In this document: positions 47,893-57,218 of the stretch, piece after piece
Layout: each line of letters begins with the position of its first letter
Position numbering within the stretch: position 1 is the first letter of the stretch
Origin: Candidatus Latescibacterota bacterium
GTDB lineage: Bacteria; Latescibacterota; UBA2968; UBA8231
Direction of reading: 5' to 3'
DNA length: 64,000 nt
NCBI GenBank assembly: GCA_965200315.1
Contig: OZ241362.1
Coordinates: 4,800,001 to 4,864,000 of the forward strand
Program-made: the position numbers and the translations under genes
The notes under the pieces: generated by a model
Seen by the model: only the letters and a program-made list of their open reading frames with translations
Told to the model about the DNA's origin: nothing
Databases searched by the model: none

Positions 47893-49944
47893 TCAGTACA
47901 CCACCGCTACGGAGCCCACGGCGGTTTTGTCGCCTTGGTCCAATTGGGCCCGCACCCTCACTAGGTACAGACCCGGCACCACCAAAGTGCCATCGTCGTC
48001 GCGGCCGTCCCAAAAACCCGGGCTGAGCGCCGGGTCGCCTCCGGCTGGAGGGCGCACGTACTGGCCGCCGCGCAGCAAGCCGGGGTCTAGCTGGCGCACC
48101 AAGCGGCCCCCCAAGTCGAAGATATCCACGTCTATTTCCTGTGGCACACTGATCCGCGAGAGGACGAATTCAACGATGGTATGGTCGTTGATGTTGTCGC
48201 CGTTGGGAGTGAAAACGGGCGGATTGGCCCGCACTTGGTCCAATATCGGCCCAAGCGCGTCGAATGCTCGCACACTCCAAGAATAAGGGGCACCGGTCTC
48301 GGGATTAGAGGCGTCATCCTCTTCGGCATTGAGTGAAATAGCTGCCTGTGGGCTGGAAAGGCGCGTGGAAAAGGCGAACTGGTTGGTCAGCAACCGCGCT
48401 CTGAAACGCAGTTGCAATTGGCCGGACTGGTGCCAGCGATCGGCCCATACCAACTCCAGCGCGTCGCCCGCAATAGTGGTGTGGTCGACTTCCATCCCCG
48501 GGGGAGGCACGATTTCTGTTACCGCGGCTAGACTCGGCATATCGATGCGGATGCGTTCCACGCCCAAATCATCCTCGTCGAATTCGACTTCGAGGTAGTA
48601 GATGAATTCGGTCTCGCGCCCCACTATCCCTCTATTCGGTTCTACCCGGACGCGGGCGGCCGAGGCGGGCGTTTGCTCGGAGAAAGCAATGATTAGACTA
48701 TCTAGGCGCGGCCCGACGTCTTCAAAATCAGTGGAGAAATTGACCCGATACTGCAGCAAGTCCCGCGGTTCGGGCACTTGTAGATCGGCTTCTGAGGCAG
48801 CGGTCTCAGGGCTCCAGTCGCTCCAAGAGACGCCGTCGTTTGAAGTGCGGAACTGCAGGCTCAGGGCGGTGCCGGCGGGCCGCTGCCCGGTCCAGCGAAA
48901 GCGGTCGTAGAGCTTGCGCTGGCCGGGCAAGCCCAAATCCACTGGTGCCGAAGTGAACGTACCCGCGGGGGCCACCCCCTGCCCGGTCACCTGAATATCG
49001 GCGACGCGGGCCCGGCGCAGTGGATCGAGTTCGGTAGCGACCACGCGCAAAAAGCGGCCGAAGATCGGCTCAAAGGCGACGGCGGTTTGCTCAAAATCGG
49101 CAATGCCGCGAATGGTCCCGACTTCGCGCCACTGAAAACCGTCGTTGCCGACTTCGACGGCGTACCCCTGTAGCGTGTTGGCGGCAAAATCTTCGGCATT
49201 CTCTCCGGCCGTAAAGACCCGTACTTCGCCGAGCAGGCGCTGGATGCCCAAATCGACGCGGGCAAAGCTGTTGAGTTCGTCGGGTTCGATTGTCCAGACG
49301 CTTTCGGCTTGGCCGTCAAATACCTCCGGTCGATTTGCCGACTGACTAAGTGCCAAATTCTCGCCCTCGACGGTGCGCAAGCTCAGCCCGTCGCCGCCCA
49401 CGTCAACGCCCCCCGGGTAGCCGGCAATTACTTCTGCTCCGAGGGTGTCGTCCCAGCCGGAAAGCCTGTGTCGTTCTAGCCAGCCGCGCTGCACCGTTGT
49501 CCAGCCTGCTACCTCGCTAACATCTGCCGTCAGCCAGTCGGTGCCTTGCTGGGGAGCGCCGCTCCAGCGCCAGACCTCCTGCAGACCGCTGGTAGTACTC
49601 AGCCACGCCTGTTCGCCGGCGACCACTTCGACGATCAGACCGCTGCCGTTGCCCTGTCCCCAGTTTCCCACGCGCACGGCTAGATGGTTAGCACCGCCTT
49701 GCAGGTCGACCGCCAGTTCCTCCACGGTCGCCCAGTCGCCGTCGCGGCCCACTAAGTCGCCGTTGAGGAAAACCTCGTATTCATTGACCGCGGTCAGACG
49801 CAACGCGGCCGGTGTCGCTTCGGCCGCATTGAAGGTAAGCCGGTAGTAAACAACTTGGTCCCACTGCGCTATCTGCCACTCGGCCGCAGCCGCAGGCGAA
49901 AGCACCGCTAGAACAAAACCCACTACCAATGGCATGACGTTCAT
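47893..49944 (-). CDS. Secreted galactose-binding-like/discoidin + FlgD-Ig protein (paralog B1)
   Basis: Colinear with B2; 'PPVFTPNGDNIND...WDGRDDDG.LV.PGLY...AVVY'. Confidence 0.8.
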   Translation of the reverse strand: MNVMPLVVGFVLAVLSPAAAAEWQIAQWDQVVYYRLTFNAAEATPAALRLTAVNEYEVFLNGDLVGRDGDWATVEELAVDLQGGANHLAVRVGNWGQGNGSGLIVEVVAGEQAWLSTTSGLQEVWRWSGAPQQGTDWLTADVSEVAGWTTVQRGWLERHRLSGWDDTLGAEVIAGYPGGVDVGGDGLSLRTVEGENLALSQSANRPEVFDGQAESVWTIEPDELNSFARVDLGIQRLLGEVRVFTAGENAEDFAANTLQGYAVEVGNDGFQWREVGTIRGIADFEQTAVAFEPIFGRFLRVVATELDPLRRARVADIQVTGQGVAPAGTFTSAPVDLGLPGQRKLYDRFRWTGQRPAGTALSLQFRTSNDGVSWSDWSPETAASEADLQVPEPRDLLQYRVNFSTDFEDVGPRLDSLIIAFSEQTPASAARVRVEPNRGIVGRETEFIYYLEVEFDEDDLGVERIRIDMPSLAAVTEIVPPPGMEVDHTTIAGDALELVWADRWHQSGQLQLRFRARLLTNQFAFSTRLSSPQAAISLNAEEDDASNPETGAPYSWSVRAFDALGPILDQVRANPPVFTPNGDNINDHTIVEFVLSRISVPQEIDVDIFDLGGRLVRQLDPGLLRGGQYVRPPAGGDPALSPGFWDGRDDDGTLVVPGLYLVRVRAQLDQGDKTAVGSVAVVY

Positions 49945-50408
49945 TGCTCAGCTATTTCTCGTTGTGCTCCCGACTCGAGGTCGAGGCTTACAGTGACGAG
50001 TTTGGTAACTGGATTGACTACCAGACGGTGATATTGGCCGAAGGGCTTCCAGCGCTTTGAGCCGTTTTCCCAGACTTGTTCCGGCTCTTGCTCTGGCACG
50101 GACAGGCCAATGCGCCGCAGTGCTTCCGCCGTATCAAAGGGGTCCATCTTTTTGAACGTATAGGTCACATAAGATGCGCTACCGTGTATCAAATCCACGT
50201 AAACCCAAGTGCTATCTCCATCCGCATCTCTCCACTGTAGAGTGGTTATTTTCTCGGAGCGCACAAAGTCGAAATCCGGCTCGCCCAAGCGTTCTTTTAG
50301 GGTTTGTTCGGTTTTGTGCAATATTTGCTGCACTGCGAGCTGCGGCACTTCTTCCTGGTCGCAAGCGACTAGCAAAAAGAAAGTGGCAAAGAGTATGCTA
50401 GCTTGCAC
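49941..50408 (-). CDS. Small lipoprotein
   Basis: Lipobox 'LLVAC'; 'LGEPD'; translationally coupled on both sides. Confidence 0.7.
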   Translation of the reverse strand: MQASILFATFFLLVACDQEEVPQLAVQQILHKTEQTLKERLGEPDFDFVRSEKITTLQWRDADGDSTWVYVDLIHGSASYVTYTFKKMDPFDTAEALRRIGLSVPEQEPEQVWENGSKRWKPFGQYHRLVVNPVTKLVTVSLDLESGAQREIAEQ

Positions 50409-51649
50409 TATTCCACCTTGAAAGTGAAGGGGTAGGTCACCAATACCGGCAGTGGCGTCAACCGGGGTGCTGTGGCCCGCGCTCCGGGGCCGCTCGTCGG
50501 CCCATTCTCTCCACTCGCGGCACCAGCCGTCGGCACCTGCAGGGCCCCTATATCAATAGGCCGGAAAGCCCACCGCATAATTTCTTGTTGCAGGCACTGG
50601 CCCACGGCTTGGCTGCCCACGCTCGAGTTGGTGGCCTTGGCCTCGGAAACGGCACCGCCTACCTCAATGGTGAAGCGCATGGTCACTGCGCCTTCGGTGG
50701 CCTCTCCTTTGTCGAATGCTTCGACGAAGCAGCGATTGAGATCCGCCAAACGCTGACGCACCACGGCCCGAATGGCACTCAGGCTGCGAGTGCTCTCACC
50801 GGGCAGGTTGCCCATGAGCTGGCTAGGCCCATTCTCGGAAATCATCAGTGTTTCGGCGGTAGAGCCGCTGGTTGCTCCCTTTTGCACGACGCGATCTTCC
50901 ACTTCGTGCTTAAAGACAAAGCGCAGATCCCGCTTTTCCACGGGTTTGTCAAAAGCCCCGAAACGCAAGACGAAGTCCTTCAGGATTAGCACTACTTCCT
51001 CGGTCTCGGGATAAACCGGATCGAAGACGATGAAACCGCCGTAATTCTCGCCCTTAAATATGGGCTGGTCTTCCTCGTAGTTATAGCTGCGCACCATGCC
51101 CATGCGCAGCTCGAAGCGATAGAACTCGTTGCCGCTCTGGCCGCGCTGCGAGCGGTAGTAGTTTTCAAAGTTGCCATAGGGCGACGACGAAGTGATGCCG
51201 TAGGCGCGCAGGAACTGGCCTTGGTCGGTCTCCAATACGGCTGCCAATGGGTCGAGCATGACTTTGGGCTGAGTGCGGTTGAAAATAGTGACCTTAAAAA
51301 CGGTGAAGCGGTTGGGCGTATACCCTAGGCGTGTATCGGTCCAGTTGCCGTAGGTATAGGGATTGGTCGAGTACTTGCCGCGCCCCGATTCGTTGGGGAA
51401 GAGGGCGTTGAGCTTGGCGTCGGTCATGTGCTCTACCTCGAGGCGCAGACCGGCTAGTTCCCAAGAGATCGCGTCATCCTCCTGCAGACTATAGGCCCCT
51501 TCCGTTGCCGCGGACTCGATGACCGGCAACAGCAGGGTTTCGCGCTTGACGGCTGTGGGAAAGAGAAAACAGCCTGATAGCAGACCGCACAGAGCAATGA
51601 TACAGATCAGTCGGCCGCGTCTCATCGCGCTATTATCCTCTTTACTCAT
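50408..51649 (-). CDS. Lipoprotein with a C-terminal AgmX/PglI (TonB-C-like) domain
   Basis: Lipobox 'LLSGC'; 'IRAVVRQR..DLNRCF...EGAVTMRFTI...GAV......SSVG...V.QCL...I.RWAF.P...VTYPFTF'. Confidence 0.75.
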   Translation of the reverse strand: MSKEDNSAMRRGRLICIIALCGLLSGCFLFPTAVKRETLLLPVIESAATEGAYSLQEDDAISWELAGLRLEVEHMTDAKLNALFPNESGRGKYSTNPYTYGNWTDTRLGYTPNRFTVFKVTIFNRTQPKVMLDPLAAVLETDQGQFLRAYGITSSSPYGNFENYYRSQRGQSGNEFYRFELRMGMVRSYNYEEDQPIFKGENYGGFIVFDPVYPETEEVVLILKDFVLRFGAFDKPVEKRDLRFVFKHEVEDRVVQKGATSGSTAETLMISENGPSQLMGNLPGESTRSLSAIRAVVRQRLADLNRCFVEAFDKGEATEGAVTMRFTIEVGGAVSEAKATNSSVGSQAVGQCLQQEIMRWAFRPIDIGALQVPTAGAASGENGPTSGPGARATAPRLTPLPVLVTYPFTFKVE

Positions 51650-51676
51650 GTAGTTCGCCTTTGGAAACTGTCGCCT

Positions 51677-52915
51677 TTAGGGGGCAGTGGTTGACTGGTT
51701 TTGCTCCGTGTAGAAATCGATCTGTTGCTGGGCAATGGAGCCTTGCTGAGTCAGGGCGAACACCACCAGATTGACGCCCATTTGTAGCTGTGGCTCGTTG
51801 CGGAATTCCTTTTCCCAGGCGCGTCCATATTCCTTGGTGGTGAAGATCGCCACCAGCCGCTCGCCCAGAAAAATGCCTTCGAGAAAGGGCACTTCGGGAT
51901 GAAAGTCGCGGCTGTACACAAGCCTTTCCTGAGTCCGCTTTGGCGGCGGCCCATCGTCGAAGTCGTAAAAGCTGTGGTATATGGGGTGATCGTTGGGGAT
52001 GACCTTGAAGCGCGCATCCCTCCCCAGCGAAGCCTTGAGCATTTCCCGTAGCGAGGCTTCGGCCGGGGTGTATTCGGTGGCGGCATCCCGGCCCAACTCG
52101 CTCATGGCCTCGACCATGACAAAGCCGCCCTGCCGCAAATAGTCGCCGAGATTGGCGATCTCTTGCTGGGTGGGTTCAAAGGCTTGATCGACGGAGATGT
52201 ACACGAAGGGTGCCCGGAAGATAGCGCGCGAATCGAGGAAGAGATGGTCGTCCACTTCGGCGCGAATCTGGGTAAATCCATTAATCGCTTCGACCAGCTC
52301 GAAGATGGCCCGCTGGGTTGACGGTTTGAAGTCGTTGCCCCAGGCGAGGGCTAGGTAAACGAAGCCGGTGATGTTCTGTTTGTCGGTCGGATCTTGGACC
52401 ACCAACCCCTTATAACGGCCGATATCCAGCGCTTCCAAGTCGAGGAATTCTTCCTGCATACTGATGCGCTTCTCCGGCTCTTTGGGGCTTTTGATGGCGA
52501 CGCGCTGCACTTCGGGCTGGACCACTTCTAAGCCTAGATCCGCGCCGCTTGCAACGCCGAAGCGAAAGGTCTTGATCTTGCCGACTAGGTCGGGGAGACG
52601 AATCTGGGGTTTGCGGGTGATTTGCGGTTTGGCCGCCCGCACCTGACGGGTCATCTGCCGTTGGGGGATTTGCTGCTTCTCAAACTCAAAGGCTTTGGTC
52701 AGGCGCGGCTTGCGTACCACTAGGTGCATCAGCGGGGGTTTGGGCGCTTTTTTTTCTTCTTCCCTAGTAGCTAGGTAGATTGCGGGTATGGCCAACAGAA
52801 CGATAGCCACTGCCAGCGCCCGGTAGAGCACTCCGCGCTGTCGGCGCAGTAGTTCCTCCAAGCAGAGCGCGTCCGTTGGCGTGGCGAAGCGTTTGGCATC
52901 GATTCGAGCGGCCAT
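51677..52915 (-). CDS. DUF4159 domain protein with N-terminal TM anchor and Lys/Pro-rich linker
   Basis: 'PFVYI...NL.DYLRQGGF', 'IPNDHPIYHSFYDF', 'LEGI..G.RLVA' and 'QMGVNLVVFALT'. Confidence 0.8.
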   Translation of the reverse strand: MAARIDAKRFATPTDALCLEELLRRQRGVLYRALAVAIVLLAIPAIYLATREEEKKAPKPPLMHLVVRKPRLTKAFEFEKQQIPQRQMTRQVRAAKPQITRKPQIRLPDLVGKIKTFRFGVASGADLGLEVVQPEVQRVAIKSPKEPEKRISMQEEFLDLEALDIGRYKGLVVQDPTDKQNITGFVYLALAWGNDFKPSTQRAIFELVEAINGFTQIRAEVDDHLFLDSRAIFRAPFVYISVDQAFEPTQQEIANLGDYLRQGGFVMVEAMSELGRDAATEYTPAEASLREMLKASLGRDARFKVIPNDHPIYHSFYDFDDGPPPKRTQERLVYSRDFHPEVPFLEGIFLGERLVAIFTTKEYGRAWEKEFRNEPQLQMGVNLVVFALTQQGSIAQQQIDFYTEQNQSTTAP

Positions 52916-52922
52916 GGCATCC

Positions 52923-55900
52923 CTATAAGCGGTTGGTTTCGATCCACTCTTTGTGCATGCGGGCAAAGCGATAGGCCTCGGCCTGCTCGTCGGCTAGGCG
53001 CTCGAGGACCTGATCGTAAACCTGCACCGCATCCTTCCACTGCCCCAAAGACTCGTAGCAGACCCCCATGTTGCTCAGCGCACCGATCTCGCTTTCGGTG
53101 CCGGGATAGTCGCGCGCAACTTCCGCAAAGCCGGCGGCCGCCCGGCGGAACTGGGCCGGGTCTTGCTCCTCAAGGGCTTGGGCAAAGATCGCCTCTACTT
53201 CGGCGTAGCGCAGGTAGGCCACCACTTCGAGCAGGTCGTCTATTAATTCGGGAACCTTTTGCGCTACCGAACTGCTCGGAAAGCGGCGGATGACTTCTCG
53301 GTAGGCCTGCAGGGCTTTGTCGTATTCCTTCTCGTTGTAGTAAAAGTCGCCGATGGTGAACTGGGCATTGGCCGCTAGAGTGCTGCTTGGGTAGTCGGAA
53401 ACCACGCTTTGGAAGGCGGCGATGGCTTGGGACGTCCGTTCCATATTGAGATGGGACCAGGCCAGATTGTAGAGCGCATCGTCGGCGAGGTCTGAGCGCG
53501 GGTGCATTTTGAGCAATTGCTGGTAGTGCTCTTGCGCCCTGTCGAATTGGCCCAAGTTGTAATGGGCCTCCCCGGCCCGGAACAGTGCGTCGGGTACCAG
53601 CTCGCTTTGGGGATACGTGCTGGCTAGATCGGCAAAGGCGACAGCGGCTTGCTCAAACTGAGTCCGGTTGAAATGGGCGTATCCCAGATAGTAGAGGGCA
53701 TAGGGGCGGTTGCGATGACCGGGCGTCTTCTGCAAATAGGTTTCGAGCACTCGCACGGTTCCCGCGAGGTCGTCCTGCTCGAATAGGGCCTGCCCCAGAG
53801 CAAAGCGCATATCGGCCGAATAATAGGAGTCTGGGTAGTGGGACAGTGCCTTTTGGTAGGTGTTGATTAGCGCTTGGGCATCGCCCCGTGAGCCGTGGGC
53901 GTCGCCCATTAGGAAGTACGCTTTCTCTTGGAAGAAATAGGGTTGCTCACCGCGCACAGCGGGCAAGTCCAAGGAGAGAATCCGCTGACATACGGCCTCG
54001 ACCTGAGCGAATTCCTCCAAGTTGTAGTGAAGTTCGGCTAGCACCACTAGGTGTTCGGCGCACTCGACGGAATCAGTTGCCGCCGCTACTAGGGCCCGGT
54101 AGTCCTCGATGGCTTCTTCCTGATGACCTAATTCGAGATGGGCCAGACCAAGCATGCGCTGGGCCGCCCTTGCCAACTCCTCGTTGTCGCTGTGCAGCAA
54201 CATCTTCAGGTCGGCTGTCGCCTCTTGGTAGCGTTTTAGTTTGAGCAGGCTTACGCCGCGACCGTAGAGGGCCCCTAAGCGCACCTCCTCGGCGTCGGCC
54301 ATTTCGATGGTGTGTCCCAGTGCCTCCACCGCGGCGACAAATGCCTCCGTTTCGATCAGGGTGCGCCCTTTCATGTAGTGAAGACGGGCCTGTTCGTTTT
54401 TAGCGGTACTGGCCTCCAAGCCCGCCTCCAGTGCCGCTAGGGCCCCCGAGAAATCACCCGCCGCAGCCAGCAGGTTGCTCGCTTCGAGCATGGCCTTGGG
54501 AAACAAGTTTGAAGTGCGATCAAGCTGTCGGAAAAACTCCACGGCCTTGCCGGGCTGGCCCAAATCTCGGTAGCACAGAGCGAGTTCAAAATAGGCCCCG
54601 TGGCGCTGCGGGTCCTCGGAGTATTTTTGCAGGATGGACTCGTAAGCGGCGATGGCCTGCTTGAAGGCTTCTTGTTGGTAGTAGATGCGGCCTAGTTGGA
54701 AAAGTGCGCTGCGCACGTAGGCTGGGTCTTGGTCGGCGGCGACGATCTCTTGGTAGCGTTTTAGGGCCCGGGCCGTGTGCTCGGCACTGCCCAACTCGGC
54801 ACTGCCCAAGGCACCGAGCATCTGGTTGCACAAGGCGATATTAAACGGGGTAGCCGCTAGGACTAGTTCGCTACTGGGGTAGTCGGCGGCAATGCGTTCG
54901 TACGCGGCGATGGCCTGTGCATAGGCCAAGCGGGCCTCGTCGTCCTCCGCGGCTTCGCTCTGGAGTTCGGCCCGCTCGTAATGGGCCCGCCCAATTTTGT
55001 AAAGGACCCAAGGCGGTGCCAGACCAGCGGCTTTGGCCACGTCCCCATACGCCTCTAGGTAGAGTTGGTATTCGGCGATGGCGCGCTGATAGTCGCCAAT
55101 GCCGTAGTAGTGTTCGGCCAGCAGGGATTGCATGCTGGCCTGAAACATGCGGTTGCGGCTACCGTCGATGGCCTCTCGGTAGGTGCGCACTGCCGCTTGG
55201 TCGTCGCCACCTTGGGTGTACATATCGGCTAGGCGGATGTAGGCTTCGGCCACCAGTTTTTGTTCCTGGGCGAAGGCGGTTATAACCTTGCTATAGGCGG
55301 TAGCGGCACCGGCAAAATCCCCGCTTTGGGCGCGACAATCGCCTACTTTGATCTGGGCTTTGGCCGCCAATTCTAGCGCAGTCTCGTCCACCAAGCCGGC
55401 TATTTTCTCGCGCCGCATCTTCAGCAGGTCGCGCTCGCTGAGGTGGTCGATGTCTTGGCGGGTTACTACCTCTTGGTACCAAGAAGTGGCCTGAGCATAG
55501 TGCTGCTGTAGAAAGTAGGCTTCGCCGATTTGGAAAAGTGCCCGATCTGCGCGGTATCCTTTGGGAGAGTGCCGCACTAATTCCTCAAAGGTGGTGATGC
55601 TTTCTTGGTACTGCCCCAACTTAAAATGGGCCCAGCCGATGTTGTAGAGGGCGTTGTCGAGGTATTGGCTGTCGGGATATTTCTGCCGAAAAGCTCGGCC
55701 TTCTTCTATGGTGCGCTGGTACTCGCCGCTTTCATAGAGGCAGTTGACTAGCCGGTTGCGGGCCAGTTCCCGCATCTGTGGGGAGGTAGTCTGGGCTTCG
55801 GTCTTGAGGAAGTAGGCGGCCGCTTCTGCGAAGTCGGTCGCTGTTCGTTCGGCGAGTTGGCGTTGGCGTTCGGGGTCGCGCTCCCGGGTGGCGCGCCGCT

Positions 55901-56186
55901 GGGATTCTTGGGCGCGCTTGAAGTAGCTATTACCCGTTTGGTAGGGGGCGATTTCTTTGATTGGGGCCGTAACCTCGCCGACCGCGACCTCAATCTCCGC
56001 CGTGTAGAGCAGCGGGCTTTCAATGGCATTGATGCGCTCGTAGGTTGCGATGGCTTGCTCGTAGTCCTCGGCGGCGTAGAATTTCTGCGCCTGCTTGAAA
56101 GAAGCTCGTATTTCGTCCGGGGTCGGTACGAAGTAGGAGCCTACTACTAGCCCCAACAGAGTACCTACAATAAGCAGAGGTGTCAT
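52923..56186 (-). CDS. Very large TPR protein (BamD/CpoB-like repeats) with N-terminal hydrophobic segment
   Basis: Many 'YP.S...A.Y/F..G' TPR units over about 1090 aa. Confidence 0.88.
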   Translation of the reverse strand: MTPLLIVGTLLGLVVGSYFVPTPDEIRASFKQAQKFYAAEDYEQAIATYERINAIESPLLYTAEIEVAVGEVTAPIKEIAPYQTGNSYFKRAQESQRRATRERDPERQRQLAERTATDFAEAAAYFLKTEAQTTSPQMRELARNRLVNCLYESGEYQRTIEEGRAFRQKYPDSQYLDNALYNIGWAHFKLGQYQESITTFEELVRHSPKGYRADRALFQIGEAYFLQQHYAQATSWYQEVVTRQDIDHLSERDLLKMRREKIAGLVDETALELAAKAQIKVGDCRAQSGDFAGAATAYSKVITAFAQEQKLVAEAYIRLADMYTQGGDDQAAVRTYREAIDGSRNRMFQASMQSLLAEHYYGIGDYQRAIAEYQLYLEAYGDVAKAAGLAPPWVLYKIGRAHYERAELQSEAAEDDEARLAYAQAIAAYERIAADYPSSELVLAATPFNIALCNQMLGALGSAELGSAEHTARALKRYQEIVAADQDPAYVRSALFQLGRIYYQQEAFKQAIAAYESILQKYSEDPQRHGAYFELALCYRDLGQPGKAVEFFRQLDRTSNLFPKAMLEASNLLAAAGDFSGALAALEAGLEASTAKNEQARLHYMKGRTLIETEAFVAAVEALGHTIEMADAEEVRLGALYGRGVSLLKLKRYQEATADLKMLLHSDNEELARAAQRMLGLAHLELGHQEEAIEDYRALVAAATDSVECAEHLVVLAELHYNLEEFAQVEAVCQRILSLDLPAVRGEQPYFFQEKAYFLMGDAHGSRGDAQALINTYQKALSHYPDSYYSADMRFALGQALFEQDDLAGTVRVLETYLQKTPGHRNRPYALYYLGYAHFNRTQFEQAAVAFADLASTYPQSELVPDALFRAGEAHYNLGQFDRAQEHYQQLLKMHPRSDLADDALYNLAWSHLNMERTSQAIAAFQSVVSDYPSSTLAANAQFTIGDFYYNEKEYDKALQAYREVIRRFPSSSVAQKVPELIDDLLEVVAYLRYAEVEAIFAQALEEQDPAQFRRAAAGFAEVARDYPGTESEIGALSNMGVCYESLGQWKDAVQVYDQVLERLADEQAEAYRFARMHKEWIETNRL

Positions 56187-56426
56187 AGTACCTATCAACG
56201 AGAAAGAGCACGCCGGCACACCAAATTTTGCAGATCAGTCCAAACGGTAAGAAAAGGCAAATGCGGTTGCAAGTATTTCTCCATGCGGTTTGAGAACGGG
56301 CTTTTTACGCTAGCATATAGAGGAAAGGGGCAGATGCTTTTTTGGCATGTTGCTAGCGGTAAAGGCGGTAAAGTATATTATCGGCCCGGCGCGCCCCATT
56401 CGAGTCCAACGAGCCGCACAAACCCC

Positions 56427-57170
56427 ATGCGCTATTTCATCGCCACTCTCTGCCTAGTCCTGACCGCATCCTCCGCTCCCGCCGAGGATGCCCTGCCGCA
56501 CCACACCATCCTCCGCGCCGGGCCTATTGCCGTGGACGGCCACCTCGACGAGCCTTCTTGGGAGGCCGCCCAAGTCATCGACCAGTTCGTCTTCCCTTGG
56601 TGGACTGAAGGGGCCAAGGATCGCACCGAAGCCCGCTTGCTGTGGGACGATGTGCATCTGTACGTCGCCTTCACTGCGTACGATCCGCACATTTCGGCGA
56701 CTCTGACCGAGCGCGACAGTCCGGTGTCGCGCGACGACTGCGTCGAGGTGTTCATCGCTCCAGATACCAGCCAAGTCACCAACTATTTCAATTTTGAATT
56801 CAATGCCTTGGGCACGATTCTGGACCGCTCGCCAGATGCCGATCGTTCGTCGGCATGGAACGGTGAGGGCGTACAGGTAGCCATCGACATCCAAGGTACA
56901 CTCAACCAAGAGGCGGATCAGGACACGCTCTGGACCACTGAAATCGCCCTTCCCTTTGCCGTTTTCGCTCCATACGCTCCGCACGTACCTCCGCTCGCCG
57001 GCGCTGTGTGGCGTCTCAACCTGTACCGCACGGGCGGCGCGGTCAATCTGCAGTACATCACTTGGTCTAATACCCTGACTCCCAAGCCGCAATTCCACGT
57101 GCCCGAGTGCTTTGGAGTGGTGCATTTCGACAGCCGGCCGGTATTGAGCCTACAAGACGAAGCCGAGTAG
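56427..57170 (+). CDS. Carbohydrate-binding family 9-like (DOMON-like) secreted protein
   Basis: Signal peptide; 'IAVDGHLDEPSW', 'LLWDD.HLYVAF', 'DDCVEVFI', 'YFNFEFN..G', 'WTTEIALPF', 'WRLNLYR' and 'FH.PE.FG'. Confidence 0.85.
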   Translation: MRYFIATLCLVLTASSAPAEDALPHHTILRAGPIAVDGHLDEPSWEAAQVIDQFVFPWWTEGAKDRTEARLLWDDVHLYVAFTAYDPHISATLTERDSPVSRDDCVEVFIAPDTSQVTNYFNFEFNALGTILDRSPDADRSSAWNGEGVQVAIDIQGTLNQEADQDTLWTTEIALPFAVFAPYAPHVPPLAGAVWRLNLYRTGGAVNLQYITWSNTLTPKPQFHVPECFGVVHFDSRPVLSLQDEAE

Positions 57171-57218
57171 GAAGACGTCGCAGCAGATGGGCGTGCTGCT
57201 CGCCGGACGGCTGTCAAA

